Source of the DNA: a virus
Taxonomy: Duplodnaviria > Caudoviricetes
Direction: 5' to 3' (one strand)
IMG/VR virus record: IMGVR_UViG_3300021431_000076
Span: 128,001-192,000 of that record
DNA: 64,000 bases
Shown: positions 40,015-49,500 of the stretch, one piece after another
Numbering within the stretch: position 1 is the stretch's first letter
Layout of the letters: every line of letters begins with the position of its first letter
Made by a program: the position numbers and the translations under genes
The notes under the pieces: model-generated
What the model was told of the DNA's origin: nothing
Databases searched by the model: none
Seen by the model: only the letters and a program-made list of their open reading frames with translations

Positions 40015-40956
40015 GTGTATTCACCTAGAAAATATTTTAGTGTGGTTAAATTTAAACCTACTGGTAGTAATGTAGATGATATGATATCTACCAATACATG
40101 GACTAAAAATGGATCATTAAATTTTACTCAGTCTAGTAAATTCAATGCTCTTAAGTATGAAACAAGGTCATGTTTAAGATATGAATTAAAACAAGCTGGA
40201 TATATTCAAAACACTGCTGGATTTACAATAGGAAATGAATATTCTCTGTCATTCTGGTTTAAAGTAGATAGAGAGTTACTAATACATCATTATGATTATT
40301 TAAAGAGTACTAAAACACCAGTTCCACTAATATCTTGGGGATCTAATACAAAGATATCTACATTTGAGCAAACTGGAATAGAAGATATGCCATATGGTAT
40401 GAAATTTGTAATGGGTGGAACATCTATTATTATTCCATACGATCCATTAGAATTATTAGATGAATGGTTTCATGTTCTAATAAATAAAGATACTTCAAAT
40501 AAATTTAGGATATTTATAAATGGCATAAAATATTGTGAACGTCCAGCAAACTTTACAATAGAACCTTTCACCAATATCAAGATAGGTAATCCAAGTAATA
40601 ATTCATTTACACATGACAATCCAATATATGTATATATAGATGAAATCTCTATATGTAATTCATGCATAACTATAGATCAATTCTGGCCATTCCCAAAATA
40701 TTTAATTGGTCTATATCCATCAGTAGATGTAAAAGATTTGAAAAAACGTCAATTACCAGCAGGTAAAACAAGATATGATATTTGTAACGATGCAGTAATG
40801 ATAGCAAGATCAAGGCATTTCAAACATAGCCACGAATGGAAAGATAATATGGTTACTAAATATAGATTTGATAGAAAAGAACCATATGCCAGCTCATTTT
40901 ATGAAAGTTGGATGGATAATCTAGATAGACCAGGAAACGAATACAAAAAACAATAA
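40015..40956 (+). CDS. LamG/concanavalin-A-like domain protein
   Basis: YSLSFWFK, WFHV, IFING and YIDEI motifs; GTG start behind GAGGTGA. Confidence 0.7.
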   Translation: MYSPRKYFSVVKFKPTGSNVDDMISTNTWTKNGSLNFTQSSKFNALKYETRSCLRYELKQAGYIQNTAGFTIGNEYSLSFWFKVDRELLIHHYDYLKSTKTPVPLISWGSNTKISTFEQTGIEDMPYGMKFVMGGTSIIIPYDPLELLDEWFHVLINKDTSNKFRIFINGIKYCERPANFTIEPFTNIKIGNPSNNSFTHDNPIYVYIDEISICNSCITIDQFWPFPKYLIGLYPSVDVKDLKKRQLPAGKTRYDICNDAVMIARSRHFKHSHEWKDNMVTKYRFDRKEPYASSFYESWMDNLDRPGNEYKKQ

Positions 40957-40960
40957 TCAT

Positions 40961-40992
40961 AGGAGTAGGCTTTATGCCTACTCCTGATTTTA
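40961..40992. terminator. hairpin between the convergent LamG and rSAM genes
   Basis: AGGAGTAGGC/GCCTACTCCT. Confidence 0.8.
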
Positions 40993-42039
40993 TTTCATCA
41001 TAAAATATTCTATGATTGGACTGTAATACGCCATTTTAATTCTACAGTAATATCCTTCTCTATCTTCACTACCAACCATGGGACACCCACCACGGCATAA
41101 TGGTTCTACAAAACAGTATTTACATCTATTTCTATAATTATTACATACTGTATCTGTTCTCAAAACAGTATTAAGAATTTCTTCTTCATCATCATCAACT
41201 GTTCCAAAAATATCTGAACTGTTATGACATTTATATATATTTCCTTCTTTATCTACATTCCATATAACTTTACCATTTTGGCATCCAAGTTTATTAAGTT
41301 CTTCATCTTTATCAGAAGCTATAATTCTATTTGTAGTTACAGATCTTTTCTTAGAATTTATATAGTTTCTACTTAGATGGTTGAATATGCTTTTATATGA
41401 AGATATTTCATCTTTATGATTTATCACATACCTCATTTGACTTTCTATTTTATTACAATCCATTTTTCTAAGTTCTTCACAATTATTGCATAAATCCATA
41501 ATTGTATCTATATTTAATCTTATATCATGATTGTGTATTTTTTTATATCTTCGATTTATTATTTCTACTGCATTAAGAAAATCTAATGGATAAGTATAAG
41601 AACTTAATACAGCAGATAGACCTAAAGTGTTAATATTAAGAATAGATGGGTTTTCTTTTACTACATCATATCCACGAACCTGTTCAGAATTAATACCATC
41701 CCATGAAACTGTGACTGACATATTATGGTTATTAATATATTCTATTTTCTCTTTATCTAACAATTTTCCATTTGTTATCATTCCATATGCTATATTGCCT
41801 TCAGTATTTTCTACTATATCCTTTATAGCATCCCAATAAATAAGAGGTTCTCCACCATAAAAAACTACAGCAAGTTTACGATCCTCTCTTTTACTATGTT
41901 TTTCTAAAAATTCCTTTACTTTTGAATCAACTTTAGAAGGGTCTGTATAATCTAAATCATGTTGTGCACAATATTTACAATTTAAATTACACTTTGGGCC
42001 AAGCATTATAAATATTCTATTTATTCTAACATCACCCAT
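40990..42039 (-). CDS. radical SAM enzyme with SPASM domain
   Basis: CNLNCKYC, YGGEP, TNG and SWDG; C-terminal C...GNIYKC...CKYC.....CRGGCP...YC. Confidence 0.93.
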   Translation of the reverse strand: MGDVRINRIFIMLGPKCNLNCKYCAQHDLDYTDPSKVDSKVKEFLEKHSKREDRKLAVVFYGGEPLIYWDAIKDIVENTEGNIAYGMITNGKLLDKEKIEYINNHNMSVTVSWDGINSEQVRGYDVVKENPSILNINTLGLSAVLSSYTYPLDFLNAVEIINRRYKKIHNHDIRLNIDTIMDLCNNCEELRKMDCNKIESQMRYVINHKDEISSYKSIFNHLSRNYINSKKRSVTTNRIIASDKDEELNKLGCQNGKVIWNVDKEGNIYKCHNSSDIFGTVDDDEEEILNTVLRTDTVCNNYRNRCKYCFVEPLCRGGCPMVGSEDREGYYCRIKMAYYSPIIEYFMMK

Positions 42040-42041
42040 TA

Positions 42042-43406
42042 TTATTCATCTCCTCCACAATCCATATCACCCATATCATCACTCATACAGTCAGTTCCAA
42101 TTTCATCACAATCTTGACATTCGCAATCTTCTGGAGTGTCACAGTTCAACCATATTTGTTCTTGGTTTTTCTTCCAGTTATCAAAATATGCATCAGCTTC
42201 AGCTTGTGTGTGAGAAATATGTTCTATCAATTTTTCTGCAGTGGTTCCATTGCTAAAATATGCTAAATATCCTTTTTTAGACTCTTTTAAAAATGTTACA
42301 GTTTCTGTTTCTTCTCCATAATATGTAGTATAAGTTATATCTCTAGTATAATATGTTTCAGTATTTATTGGAGTTAGATTAACAATACTATTTGCTGTAC
42401 CTGTAACTGATATTTTTCCATCTGCAGATATAGATATTCCAGATCCTATTTTTACTCCACCTAATGTTGTAGAGCTTGCTATTGGAAGATTATATTGAGA
42501 GCTAGTTGGTATTTCTGTTTTCTTAGCATAAGTTGATTCTGCATGAGATTTAGTTTCATATGGATCAAGATTAGGTAGTTCTGTTTTCTTAGCATAAGTT
42601 GATTCTGCATGAGATTTAGTTTCATATGAAGACAAATCAACAGTATCAGTTTTCTTAGCATAAGTAGCATCAGCATATGAATGTAATTCATATAAAGAAA
42701 AGTCTGGTAACTGAGTTTTTTTGGCATATGTAGAATCAGCATATGAATGTAATTCATATGGAGCAAGATTAGGTAGATTAGGCAATTCTGTTTTTTTAGC
42801 ATATGTAGAATCAGCATATGAATGTAATTCATATGGAGTAAGATTAGGCAACTGAGTCTTTTTAGCATATGTATTATCAGCATATGAATGTAATTCATAT
42901 GGAGCAAGATTAGGTAGTTCTGTTTTTTTAGCATAAGTTGATTCTGCGTGTGTTATTTTTTCATATGGATCAAGATTAGGTAGATCTGTTTTCTTAGCAT
43001 AAGTTAATTCTACATGAGATTTAGTTTCATATGGAGTAAGATCAGGTAGTTCTGTTTTCTTAGCATAAGTTGAATTTGCATATGAGTGTAATTCATATGG
43101 ATTAAGATCAGGTAGTTCTGTTTTTTTAGCATATATAACATCAGCATATGAATGTAATTCATATGGAGTAAGATTAGGCAACTGAGTCTTTTTAGCATAT
43201 GTATTATCAGCATATGAATGTAATTCATATGGAGCAAGATTAGGTAGTTCTGTTTTCTTAGCATAAATATCTAAATCTGTTTTAAGGGCAAATAAACTAA
43301 AATCTGGCAATTTAGTTATAGCATCTAACCCTCTGAGAATTAACTCTTGAAGTGATGGTGCTAATTCATCCCATACAACACGATCTTCATAATGAAAATT
43401 TCCCAT
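42042..43406 (-). CDS. fiber-like repeat protein with Cys/Asp-rich C-terminus (putative rSAM substrate)
   Basis: N-terminal ED....ELAPSLQ motif; 22-aa repeats; LPIASSTTLGGVKIG fiber motif; 6-Cys acidic tail. Confidence 0.8.
   Translation of the reverse strand: MGNFHYEDRVVWDELAPSLQELILRGLDAITKLPDFSLFALKTDLDIYAKKTELPNLAPYELHSYADNTYAKKTQLPNLTPYELHSYADVIYAKKTELPDLNPYELHSYANSTYAKKTELPDLTPYETKSHVELTYAKKTDLPNLDPYEKITHAESTYAKKTELPNLAPYELHSYADNTYAKKTQLPNLTPYELHSYADSTYAKKTELPNLPNLAPYELHSYADSTYAKKTQLPDFSLYELHSYADATYAKKTDTVDLSSYETKSHAESTYAKKTELPNLDPYETKSHAESTYAKKTEIPTSSQYNLPIASSTTLGGVKIGSGISISADGKISVTGTANSIVNLTPINTETYYTRDITYTTYYGEETETVTFLKESKKGYLAYFSNGTTAEKLIEHISHTQAEADAYFDNWKKNQEQIWLNCDTPEDCECQDCDEIGTDCMSDDMGDMDCGGDE
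42507..43265 (-). repeat. 11+ x 66-bp coding tandem repeat
   Basis: YAKKT(E/Q/D)LP.L.PYE(LHSYAD/TKSHAE).T units. Confidence 0.9.
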
Positions 43407-43520
43407 TAATGTATATCCTCCTTCTTAGAAATTCTTACCCAAATGTCTCGATAATCCTTTAACATACAAGGCACATCTATATAAAGGTATAAGTCTCTTC
43501 TATTATTTTTAAAAAGGGAT

Positions 43521-44234
43521 GTGTTTTATATGAGTAATACGAATACCTCCGGTGTTGATTTCATCAGCAAAGAAATTGAGAATCTGAAAAAGAAATTAGA
43601 TGGAACACAATTGAAGCTATACAACTCTATGATTGATAATTTGGTCACTTGTTGTAATGCTAAAGCAGGCACTGGAAAAACTACCGTAGCTACCATGGCA
43701 GCATTTGATTTGCTGCAAAAAGGAATCGTTACAAAAATTTATTACGTTCGTTTTCCAGATCAACTTATGCAGTCTCTTGGCGCGCTCCCTGGCGACATAG
43801 ACGAAAAAGAAGACTATTATTTCCAACCATTCTATCAAGCATGTGAAGAAATTGGCTTGGATAGATATCATTTAGAACGAGACTATGTACCTCAGAATAC
43901 TGTTAATCTTGAAACTATAATTACTATGCGTGGTATTAATATTAAAGAAGCAGCTGTTATCGTAGACGAAACACAGAATGCTTCTTTTAAAGATCTTAAA
44001 CTGTTGCTTACTAGATTACATGATGATTGTCATGTTGCTTTAATTGGTCATACTGCACAGATTGATAATGATAACTGTGTAAAAGAGAAAGCATTCATTC
44101 ATTATATGGAACATTTCTGCAAAAAACAATGGGCACAGAGAGTAGATCTAAAAAAGAATTATAGAGGAAAGATTAGTGCATATGCAGATGCACTATACTT
44201 AGATAATAATGATAAACCATTCGTTGTAGAATAA
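43521..44234 (+). CDS. phoH: PhoH-family ATPase
   Basis: AGTGKT, LGALPGD, MRG, VDETQN, LLTRL and G...QID motifs. Confidence 0.9.
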   Translation: MFYMSNTNTSGVDFISKEIENLKKKLDGTQLKLYNSMIDNLVTCCNAKAGTGKTTVATMAAFDLLQKGIVTKIYYVRFPDQLMQSLGALPGDIDEKEDYYFQPFYQACEEIGLDRYHLERDYVPQNTVNLETIITMRGINIKEAAVIVDETQNASFKDLKLLLTRLHDDCHVALIGHTAQIDNDNCVKEKAFIHYMEHFCKKQWAQRVDLKKNYRGKISAYADALYLDNNDKPFVVE

Positions 44235-44237
44235 AAA

Positions 44238-44266
44238 ATGAGGAGTCCTATTGCAGGACTCCTCAT
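44238..44266. terminator. bidirectional terminator
   Basis: ATGAGGAGTCCT/AGGACTCCTCAT between convergent genes. Confidence 0.8.
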
Positions 44267-44269
44267 ATA

Positions 44270-44479
44270 TTACTTGATTTCATCAAGCGGCAAAGCAGTT
44301 TCCATCTGCTTTGCCATCAATTTCAAAACATCCCTTGAGATGTTGTCGTTATTGATATTATCTACTAATACCTTTATGCACTTCAGGTAAGCCTGAGAGC
44401 AATTTGCTGATGCTTCCTGTGCATCAGACAAAAGCTCAAGTTCTTTCTCCTTGTTTGCTATAAACTCGCTCCACTTCAT
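44270..44479 (-). CDS. hypothetical early protein (structured-leader cassette C)
   Basis: Start MKWSE behind GAAAGGAG. Confidence 0.75.
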   Translation of the reverse strand: MKWSEFIANKEKELELLSDAQEASANCSQAYLKCIKVLVDNINNDNISRDVLKLMAKQMETALPLDEIK

Positions 44480-44546
44480 GATAAGACACTCTCCTTTCAA
44501 TTATACATGTCTATGCCTAATCTCTGACATAGATCTATCTTATCGC
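44477..44546 (-). promoter_or_regulatory. structured 5' leader, copy C
   Basis: GATAAGATA pairs with TGTCTTATC(ATG); inner stem TCTATGTC/GGCATAGA, loop AGAGATTA. Confidence 0.7.
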
Positions 44547-44550
44547 TGCT

Positions 44551-44607
44551 ATAATATACAATTATAATTATCTAAATTTTCAAATAGTTATATACTATAT
44601 ACATGAG
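44551..44607. promoter_or_regulatory. back-to-back early-type promoters
   Basis: TATATTAT on - (44551-44558) and TATACTAT-ATAC-ATGAG on + (44591-44607). Confidence 0.75.
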
Positions 44608-44668
44608 TTAGCATTAGGAAACATACAATTCTATTCTAAACTCGATTTATTTAAAGGAGGACTATTAT

Positions 44669-44962
44669 ATGAAACTGACTGAAGAATTGCTGGAAACCAT
44701 TGGAGAAAAGGTGGAAGACGATTTGGAATTGTACTATGAGCAAGATAATTTCGAGCTCAATAGTTCTATCTCTCCAAGAATTGCTAAATATGAAGACGGC
44801 ACTTTCACCATTAATATTGGTATTGATTGGACCGATACTGATACCGGTGAAAAACATGAGGAAATTTATCAAATGCAAGACTTTACAGAAGATGATATTC
44901 CTGATCTTAAAGAAAAGATGGTAGAAACCATCTTGGATAATATCCGTGGTGAATTTGACTAA
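44669..44962 (+). CDS. very acidic small early protein
   Basis: AAGGAGG SD; Asp/Glu-rich, 97 aa. Confidence 0.8.
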   Translation: MKLTEELLETIGEKVEDDLELYYEQDNFELNSSISPRIAKYEDGTFTINIGIDWTDTDTGEKHEEIYQMQDFTEDDIPDLKEKMVETILDNIRGEFD

Positions 44963-45069
44963 TAAGGAGTAATCCTTAACTTGATAGAATACTACCGTTA
45001 TGGTAGTATTCTATTTTTTGTCAAACTTTTATATAAGATTCTTTTTCAATTATAAGGAGGGTACACATT

Positions 45070-45366
45070 ATGATCACGAAAAGCACCTACATTATCATTT
45101 ATGACAACTATGATTCTGTTAAAAAGGAGTATAGGGAAAAAGATCGTATCTTTGCTGCTACAGCTTTTAGTACCTGGGATCTTGTTAAAGCTGCTATGAC
45201 TAAGATTTCTAATCTATATGATAGTGAGCAAATCTTTGAGTTTGATTTTGATGATGAAAATGAGTTGTTTACTCTTAAAGTGCATGTATTATATGGATAT
45301 GATCTGTATTTTAGAGTAAGCAAGCTTGTTTATGAAGAAGATATAGAAGGCTTACAAGTACAATGA
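45070..45366 (+). CDS. hypothetical protein
   Basis: TAAGGAGG SD; AACT-N6-TAA at 45024-45036. Confidence 0.75.
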   Translation: MITKSTYIIIYDNYDSVKKEYREKDRIFAATAFSTWDLVKAAMTKISNLYDSEQIFEFDFDDENELFTLKVHVLYGYDLYFRVSKLVYEEDIEGLQVQ

Positions 45367-45581
45367 AAAAAGAAAAAGATGCTATATCGAAATCAAGTGA
45401 TATAATAAGAATGGACAAAATGACTAAACTAGTTAATGAAATAAACATTGTGTTACGACCTTATACTTTATATGATGAAGGTGGAGCATGGGATAGAGAA
45501 TTAACTGGGAAAACTTTAGAAGAGTCTGAAAGAGAAGCTAAAATAGATTTATATTACTATCGTAAATACGGAAAAAGATAA
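45363..45581 (+). CDS. hypothetical protein
   Basis: ATGA overlap; followed by a terminator. Confidence 0.65.
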   Translation: MKKEKDAISKSSDIIRMDKMTKLVNEINIVLRPYTLYDEGGAWDRELTGKTLEESEREAKIDLYYYRKYGKR

Positions 45582-45669
45582 TTTATTATCCCTAGTCCTT
45601 AATTGGACTAGGGATTTTTATTTTTTCCGACATCAAGTAACCAAATACTTATTAAGGAGGTTTACTGTT

Positions 45670-46275
45670 ATGCGAGAAGTAGATTTGACTGAATTGATGG
45701 ATAATGCATATGCTTCTAAGTGGAACTTAGAACAAAAAGCAGCTGCTAATGGGAGAGATGTAAAGATATATTTACATTGGACTGCATGTCCTTATGGAAG
45801 ATATTATGGTAGTTATCATGTTAATATTGATGATGATGGTACTATAATTTTAACTGCTGACTTAGATGAAACATTATCTCATACATATATGAGAAACTCT
45901 GGTTCTATTGGATTGACTCTATGTTGTTGTTATGGTGCTACTACAGATGATCCTGGTCCTTATCCACCAACACAAGAACAGATTGAAACTATGGCTAAAT
46001 GTATTGCTGTATTAAGCGAAGCATTAGATATTCCTATAGATAAACAACATGTGCTCACTCATGGTGAAGTTGCTGATTGCGAAGATGGCTCACCAGAATA
46101 TTTTGATGGATTATATGGTCCTAAGAATGGAGCCACACGCTGGGATTTAGAGGTGCTTTGGGACGAGAATGATGAATCCCCTGTATTTGATCCCTATGAT
46201 GAAGAACATCGTGGGGGAACTATACTAAGAGGAAAAGGCAATTACTATAAATATCAATTCTATGGTCATTACTAA
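45670..46275 (+). CDS. N-acetylmuramoyl-L-alanine amidase (Amidase_2-like)
   Basis: IYLHWTA, YH..I..DG.I, SHT..RN..SIG, T..QI and THGE motifs. Confidence 0.85.
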   Translation: MREVDLTELMDNAYASKWNLEQKAAANGRDVKIYLHWTACPYGRYYGSYHVNIDDDGTIILTADLDETLSHTYMRNSGSIGLTLCCCYGATTDDPGPYPPTQEQIETMAKCIAVLSEALDIPIDKQHVLTHGEVADCEDGSPEYFDGLYGPKNGATRWDLEVLWDENDESPVFDPYDEEHRGGTILRGKGNYYKYQFYGHY

Positions 46276-46281
46276 AAAATA

Positions 46282-46309
46282 ATAGGGAAGCTCATATGAG
46301 CTTCCCTAT
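46282..46309. terminator. bidirectional terminator (near-identical copy at 61966-61991)
   Basis: TAGGGAAGCTC/GAGCTTCCCTA. Confidence 0.8.
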
Positions 46310-46325
46310 ATATTATTCTTTTAGT

Positions 46326-46667
46326 TTATATTTCATCTATCTTTTTATCATACATTTTCACTTCATCTTCTAACCATTCTTGGTCTATCTTAACTGTAAC
46401 TTGATCATCAGACACACAAGCAAAGTTTTTCATATTATCCCAAAGATCTATTAATAATCCTTCACCATATCCATTTTTAATTTGTACTTGGAAGCTAGCA
46501 AATTTTTCATCTAGCGGATTCTTAAATACAAATATCACATAATTTTTATTATATGTATTACCAGTATCAGGATCAAATACAGGTTCTCTATGAGTATGGA
46601 TATTTACTAAATCCATAACAGCTATAGTTATACCAACTTTGTCTTTTTTCATTACTTCAAATTTCAT
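46326..46667 (-). CDS. hypothetical protein
   Basis: AAGGAG SD; overlapping operon. Confidence 0.75.
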   Translation of the reverse strand: MKFEVMKKDKVGITIAVMDLVNIHTHREPVFDPDTGNTYNKNYVIFVFKNPLDEKFASFQVQIKNGYGEGLLIDLWDNMKNFACVSDDQVTVKIDQEWLEDEVKMYDKKIDEI

Positions 46668-47008
46668 TTTTTCATTACTCCTTCATATACATCCTTTACT
46701 AATTCTTCTAAATCACTTTTAGAGATATCATACATTTTAAATATTCCTTCATGTAATTTTTTAAGCAAACTTTCTGTTTGATTTTGATCAAGCTCTTCAT
46801 TAATAATATCATATATATAAATGCTATGAACCTCTTTCTCATTGACAACAGAAACAAATCTAAACACAACATTTTTCTTTGGTGAATTATTATTTGCTGG
46901 AATCAATCCTATCTCTTCAAGATCAACTCTACCTATATAAATATTATCACCTGAAAAGAAACCACCATTATAGATTAATCTAAATTCTTCATTGTGCTTA
47001 TCTGACAT
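46664..47008 (-). CDS. hypothetical protein
   Basis: Start MSDKH behind GGAGGAG. Confidence 0.7.
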   Translation of the reverse strand: MSDKHNEEFRLIYNGGFFSGDNIYIGRVDLEEIGLIPANNNSPKKNVVFRFVSVVNEKEVHSIYIYDIINEELDQNQTESLLKKLHEGIFKMYDISKSDLEELVKDVYEGVMKK

Positions 47009-47546
47009 TTTGCTTCTCCTCCGTATTATTGACATAATTATTTAAATTGAAACCAAGGGTATGAACTACATTTCTTATACTAGTTTTAAACTCATCCATC
47101 CATTCATCAGCAGTTTTTACATACTTATCATCCACCATATCATTAAATTCAAAATAGAATAAGTCTATTATGAATCCAGAAGTGTGTTTGATATGACCAT
47201 TACTGTAGTTTAGCTCTAAACATATATTACCATCTCCAACATATGTCATTCTAAACTCCAAACAGTCTTCATTGTACATTTTTCTATAAATATTACCAAG
47301 CTTTTTTACATAGCCATATCCAAACTCATCTATGCAAGCATTAATAGTTTCATATGTTTGACTATTGATCATATCATGAAGAACCTCTTTAGCATCATAT
47401 ATATCCTGTGTTTTAGTAAGTCTCATGTAAAGATTATCTACTGCTTGCTCATCTACACCTTTAGCATAGTTGAATAACACATCGATTTTTTGTATTTTTA
47501 GTCCTTCCATTGCAAATCCCCCATTTTCTATTTCTAAAGTTCCCAT
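46998..47546 (-). CDS. hypothetical protein
   Basis: 182-aa ORF; the true start may be MEGLK. Confidence 0.7.
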   Translation of the reverse strand: MGTLEIENGGFAMEGLKIQKIDVLFNYAKGVDEQAVDNLYMRLTKTQDIYDAKEVLHDMINSQTYETINACIDEFGYGYVKKLGNIYRKMYNEDCLEFRMTYVGDGNICLELNYSNGHIKHTSGFIIDLFYFEFNDMVDDKYVKTADEWMDEFKTSIRNVVHTLGFNLNNYVNNTEEKQNVR

Positions 47547-47627
47547 GCAAGCCTAAACCTGACATCAATATTTCTTAAAAACCTCCACAGGGCAGTTGCC
47601 CTGTGGGAGTACACACACCATATCGTT

Positions 47628-47972
47628 TTAACCATCATATTCAACATATCTTAGATATTTCACTAAAGTTCTACCATAATTCTTCTTTTCTGTTATATGG
47701 AATATTAAATCTCCATTATCACAAAATGTTACTTGGATATGGTATTTTGGAAATACTATTCTCATTACAGCGAATGGATCATCTTCTTTTGCAACCAAGT
47801 CCAGTATTGTTTTACAATCCTCCAATGTAAATCCTTCTGGATAATCAAATAAGTATTTAAAATTAAGCATTTCATCACTCCTTATAGGTCTTTTATGATG
47901 TGCTTCTTCTTCGTTATGTTTATTAATATTAAATAACTCATAATCAAATAAAGAATATTTAACACGTCCCAT
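47628..47972 (-). CDS. hypothetical protein
   Basis: AAGGAG SD. Confidence 0.75.
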   Translation of the reverse strand: MGRVKYSLFDYELFNINKHNEEEAHHKRPIRSDEMLNFKYLFDYPEGFTLEDCKTILDLVAKEDDPFAVMRIVFPKYHIQVTFCDNGDLIFHITEKKNYGRTLVKYLRYVEYDG

Positions 47973-47975
47973 TTA

Positions 47976-48539
47976 TTACTCCTTCTTTAACCACTGAGGA
48001 TATGGACTAAATACTTTTATAGTTTCATATTCCTCTAACTTAGTCTCCTTAGTGTTAGAATAAATAGGATCTCCATTCTCATTTGTTCCAACTATTTCAG
48101 GAGATTTAATAGTTCCACCTGGTATTGTTCTTTTGATAAAAGACACATCACTCTTTTCTCTTCCTCCTAGAGACATCTTTCTTCCAGTATGCATATAAGA
48201 ATTGATAAACTCTTTAGAGAATGATATCATTGCTTTAGCATCATTAGTACTAAATTCATAATTATCCATTATTCTCTTAGATTCATTTGGTTGAACTCCA
48301 GTAGTATTAGTAATTATACCACCTATCATTTTTCTAATTTCTTTAGATGGATTATATACCCCTATACATCCACTCTTATCATAAACAGAAACTTCATATG
48401 AGGGATCATTCAATATTCCCTTCATTACAGCAACTTCATCTTTTTGAGATCTAGTTTCATACTTTTTCCCTGTAGTAGATTCTATACGTTTCTTCTCTAT
48501 CTCTTTAATGATTTCTTTTACATCTTGCAACTTCTTCAC
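47976..48539 (-). CDS. hypothetical protein
   Basis: 187-aa ORF in the operon. Confidence 0.8.
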   Translation of the reverse strand: MKKLQDVKEIIKEIEKKRIESTTGKKYETRSQKDEVAVMKGILNDPSYEVSVYDKSGCIGVYNPSKEIRKMIGGIITNTTGVQPNESKRIMDNYEFSTNDAKAMISFSKEFINSYMHTGRKMSLGGREKSDVSFIKRTIPGGTIKSPEIVGTNENGDPIYSNTKETKLEEYETIKVFSPYPQWLKKE

Positions 48540-48541
48540 CT

Positions 48542-48760
48542 CTAATCATCAAAGAAGTATCTATATACTAATACGAATGGTAATAAGATCAAACAAATTA
48601 TAAGGAATACAGAACCAAAACCAAGTATTAAAGCTACTAGAATAGCTCCTACTAAAACCATTGCTAATAGCTCTAAGAATAGTTTAAGACCAAAATATAA
48701 AATGGGACAAATCACAAAGATTAATAAGAGAAAGCCAGAAATGATAAGTATATCATCCAT
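48542..48760 (-). CDS. small hydrophobic membrane protein
   Basis: Start MDDIL; nearly all residues hydrophobic. Confidence 0.7.
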   Translation of the reverse strand: MDDILIISGFLLLIFVICPILYFGLKLFLELLAMVLVGAILVALILGFGSVFLIICLILLPFVLVYRYFFDD

Positions 48761-48917
48761 TCTTATCACCTGTCTTTCTCTTGTCATCTTTTGGTAGTCT
48801 TACAAAATACACTGGTGAGATTGGTTTCTTTTTGGCATTTTTAGACTCTAATATTTCTCTTATTTGATCTCGATCCATTCGACTTATTTCTTCTAAGAAT
48901 TTTGATTTACTCATCAT
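48753..48917 (-). CDS. 54-aa basic protein (not in ORF track)
   Basis: GAGGGGG SD; MMSKSKFLEEISRMDRDQIREIL...KNG*. Confidence 0.7.
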   Translation of the reverse strand: MMSKSKFLEEISRMDRDQIREILESKNAKKKPISPVYFVRLPKDDKRKTGDKNG

Positions 48918-48975
48918 AATTCCCCCTCATAAGCCCGAATCTGGATTATAATGTTGTTCCTCCCCTCATTATAAA

Positions 48976-49500
48976 TTACATACAGAGTTCTTGTTTGAAT
49001 AATTTTTCTTTGATTTTATCCCATAACCCTTTCTTAGTTCCATAAAGTTCAATTACTGTACTAGAATCATCATGCACCTTTACATATCCTTCAGATTCTT
49101 TATTTGCGCATTTTATTTCTGTAGAATCGTCATCAGTAATTTTGTCTGCATAATAAGCACAATAGATTTCATATTCTTTGAAATCATTGTATTTGCTCTT
49201 CAAAACTAATACTTGATCTTTCTCATTAAGAAGTTCATTATAATCGTGATATCTACTAAAAGAAGGATTATTAGGACAATAACTACATTTAGGAGTATTC
49301 TTATCAATAATTTCTGGATTATACCATCCATAAATTTTAAGAAAGAAAGTTTGCATACTAGCTATTTTAGGGCTTTCTGATGCTGCATCTGAATCTTGTA
49401 TTTTCATTAATTCTTTATACAACTGCCTCACTGTCCAATAACCAGTAAATTTAATTTTTCCTAACGGTTCCTGACCAATTCTTACCTTTACATTATTCAT
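48976..49500 (-). CDS. hypothetical protein
   Basis: GGGAG SD. Confidence 0.75.
   Translation of the reverse strand: MNNVKVRIGQEPLGKIKFTGYWTVRQLYKELMKIQDSDAASESPKIASMQTFFLKIYGWYNPEIIDKNTPKCSYCPNNPSFSRYHDYNELLNEKDQVLVLKSKYNDFKEYEIYCAYYADKITDDDSTEIKCANKESEGYVKVHDDSSTVIELYGTKKGLWDKIKEKLFKQELCM

Noticed and set aside
40990-42039. Anaerobic sulfatase maturase, NrdG or QueE role for the rSAM
   Set aside because: No sulfatase, nrdD or que genes are nearby; NrdG and QueE lack SPASM; the gene is coupled to a Cys-tailed protein. A sulfatase-type role is not formally excluded.
42507-43265. Regular 66-bp repeats as a CRISPR array
   Set aside because: They are in-frame coding repeats with no unique spacers, and no cas genes are present. 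The same applies to 54690-56100, 60077-60690 and 38025-38450.
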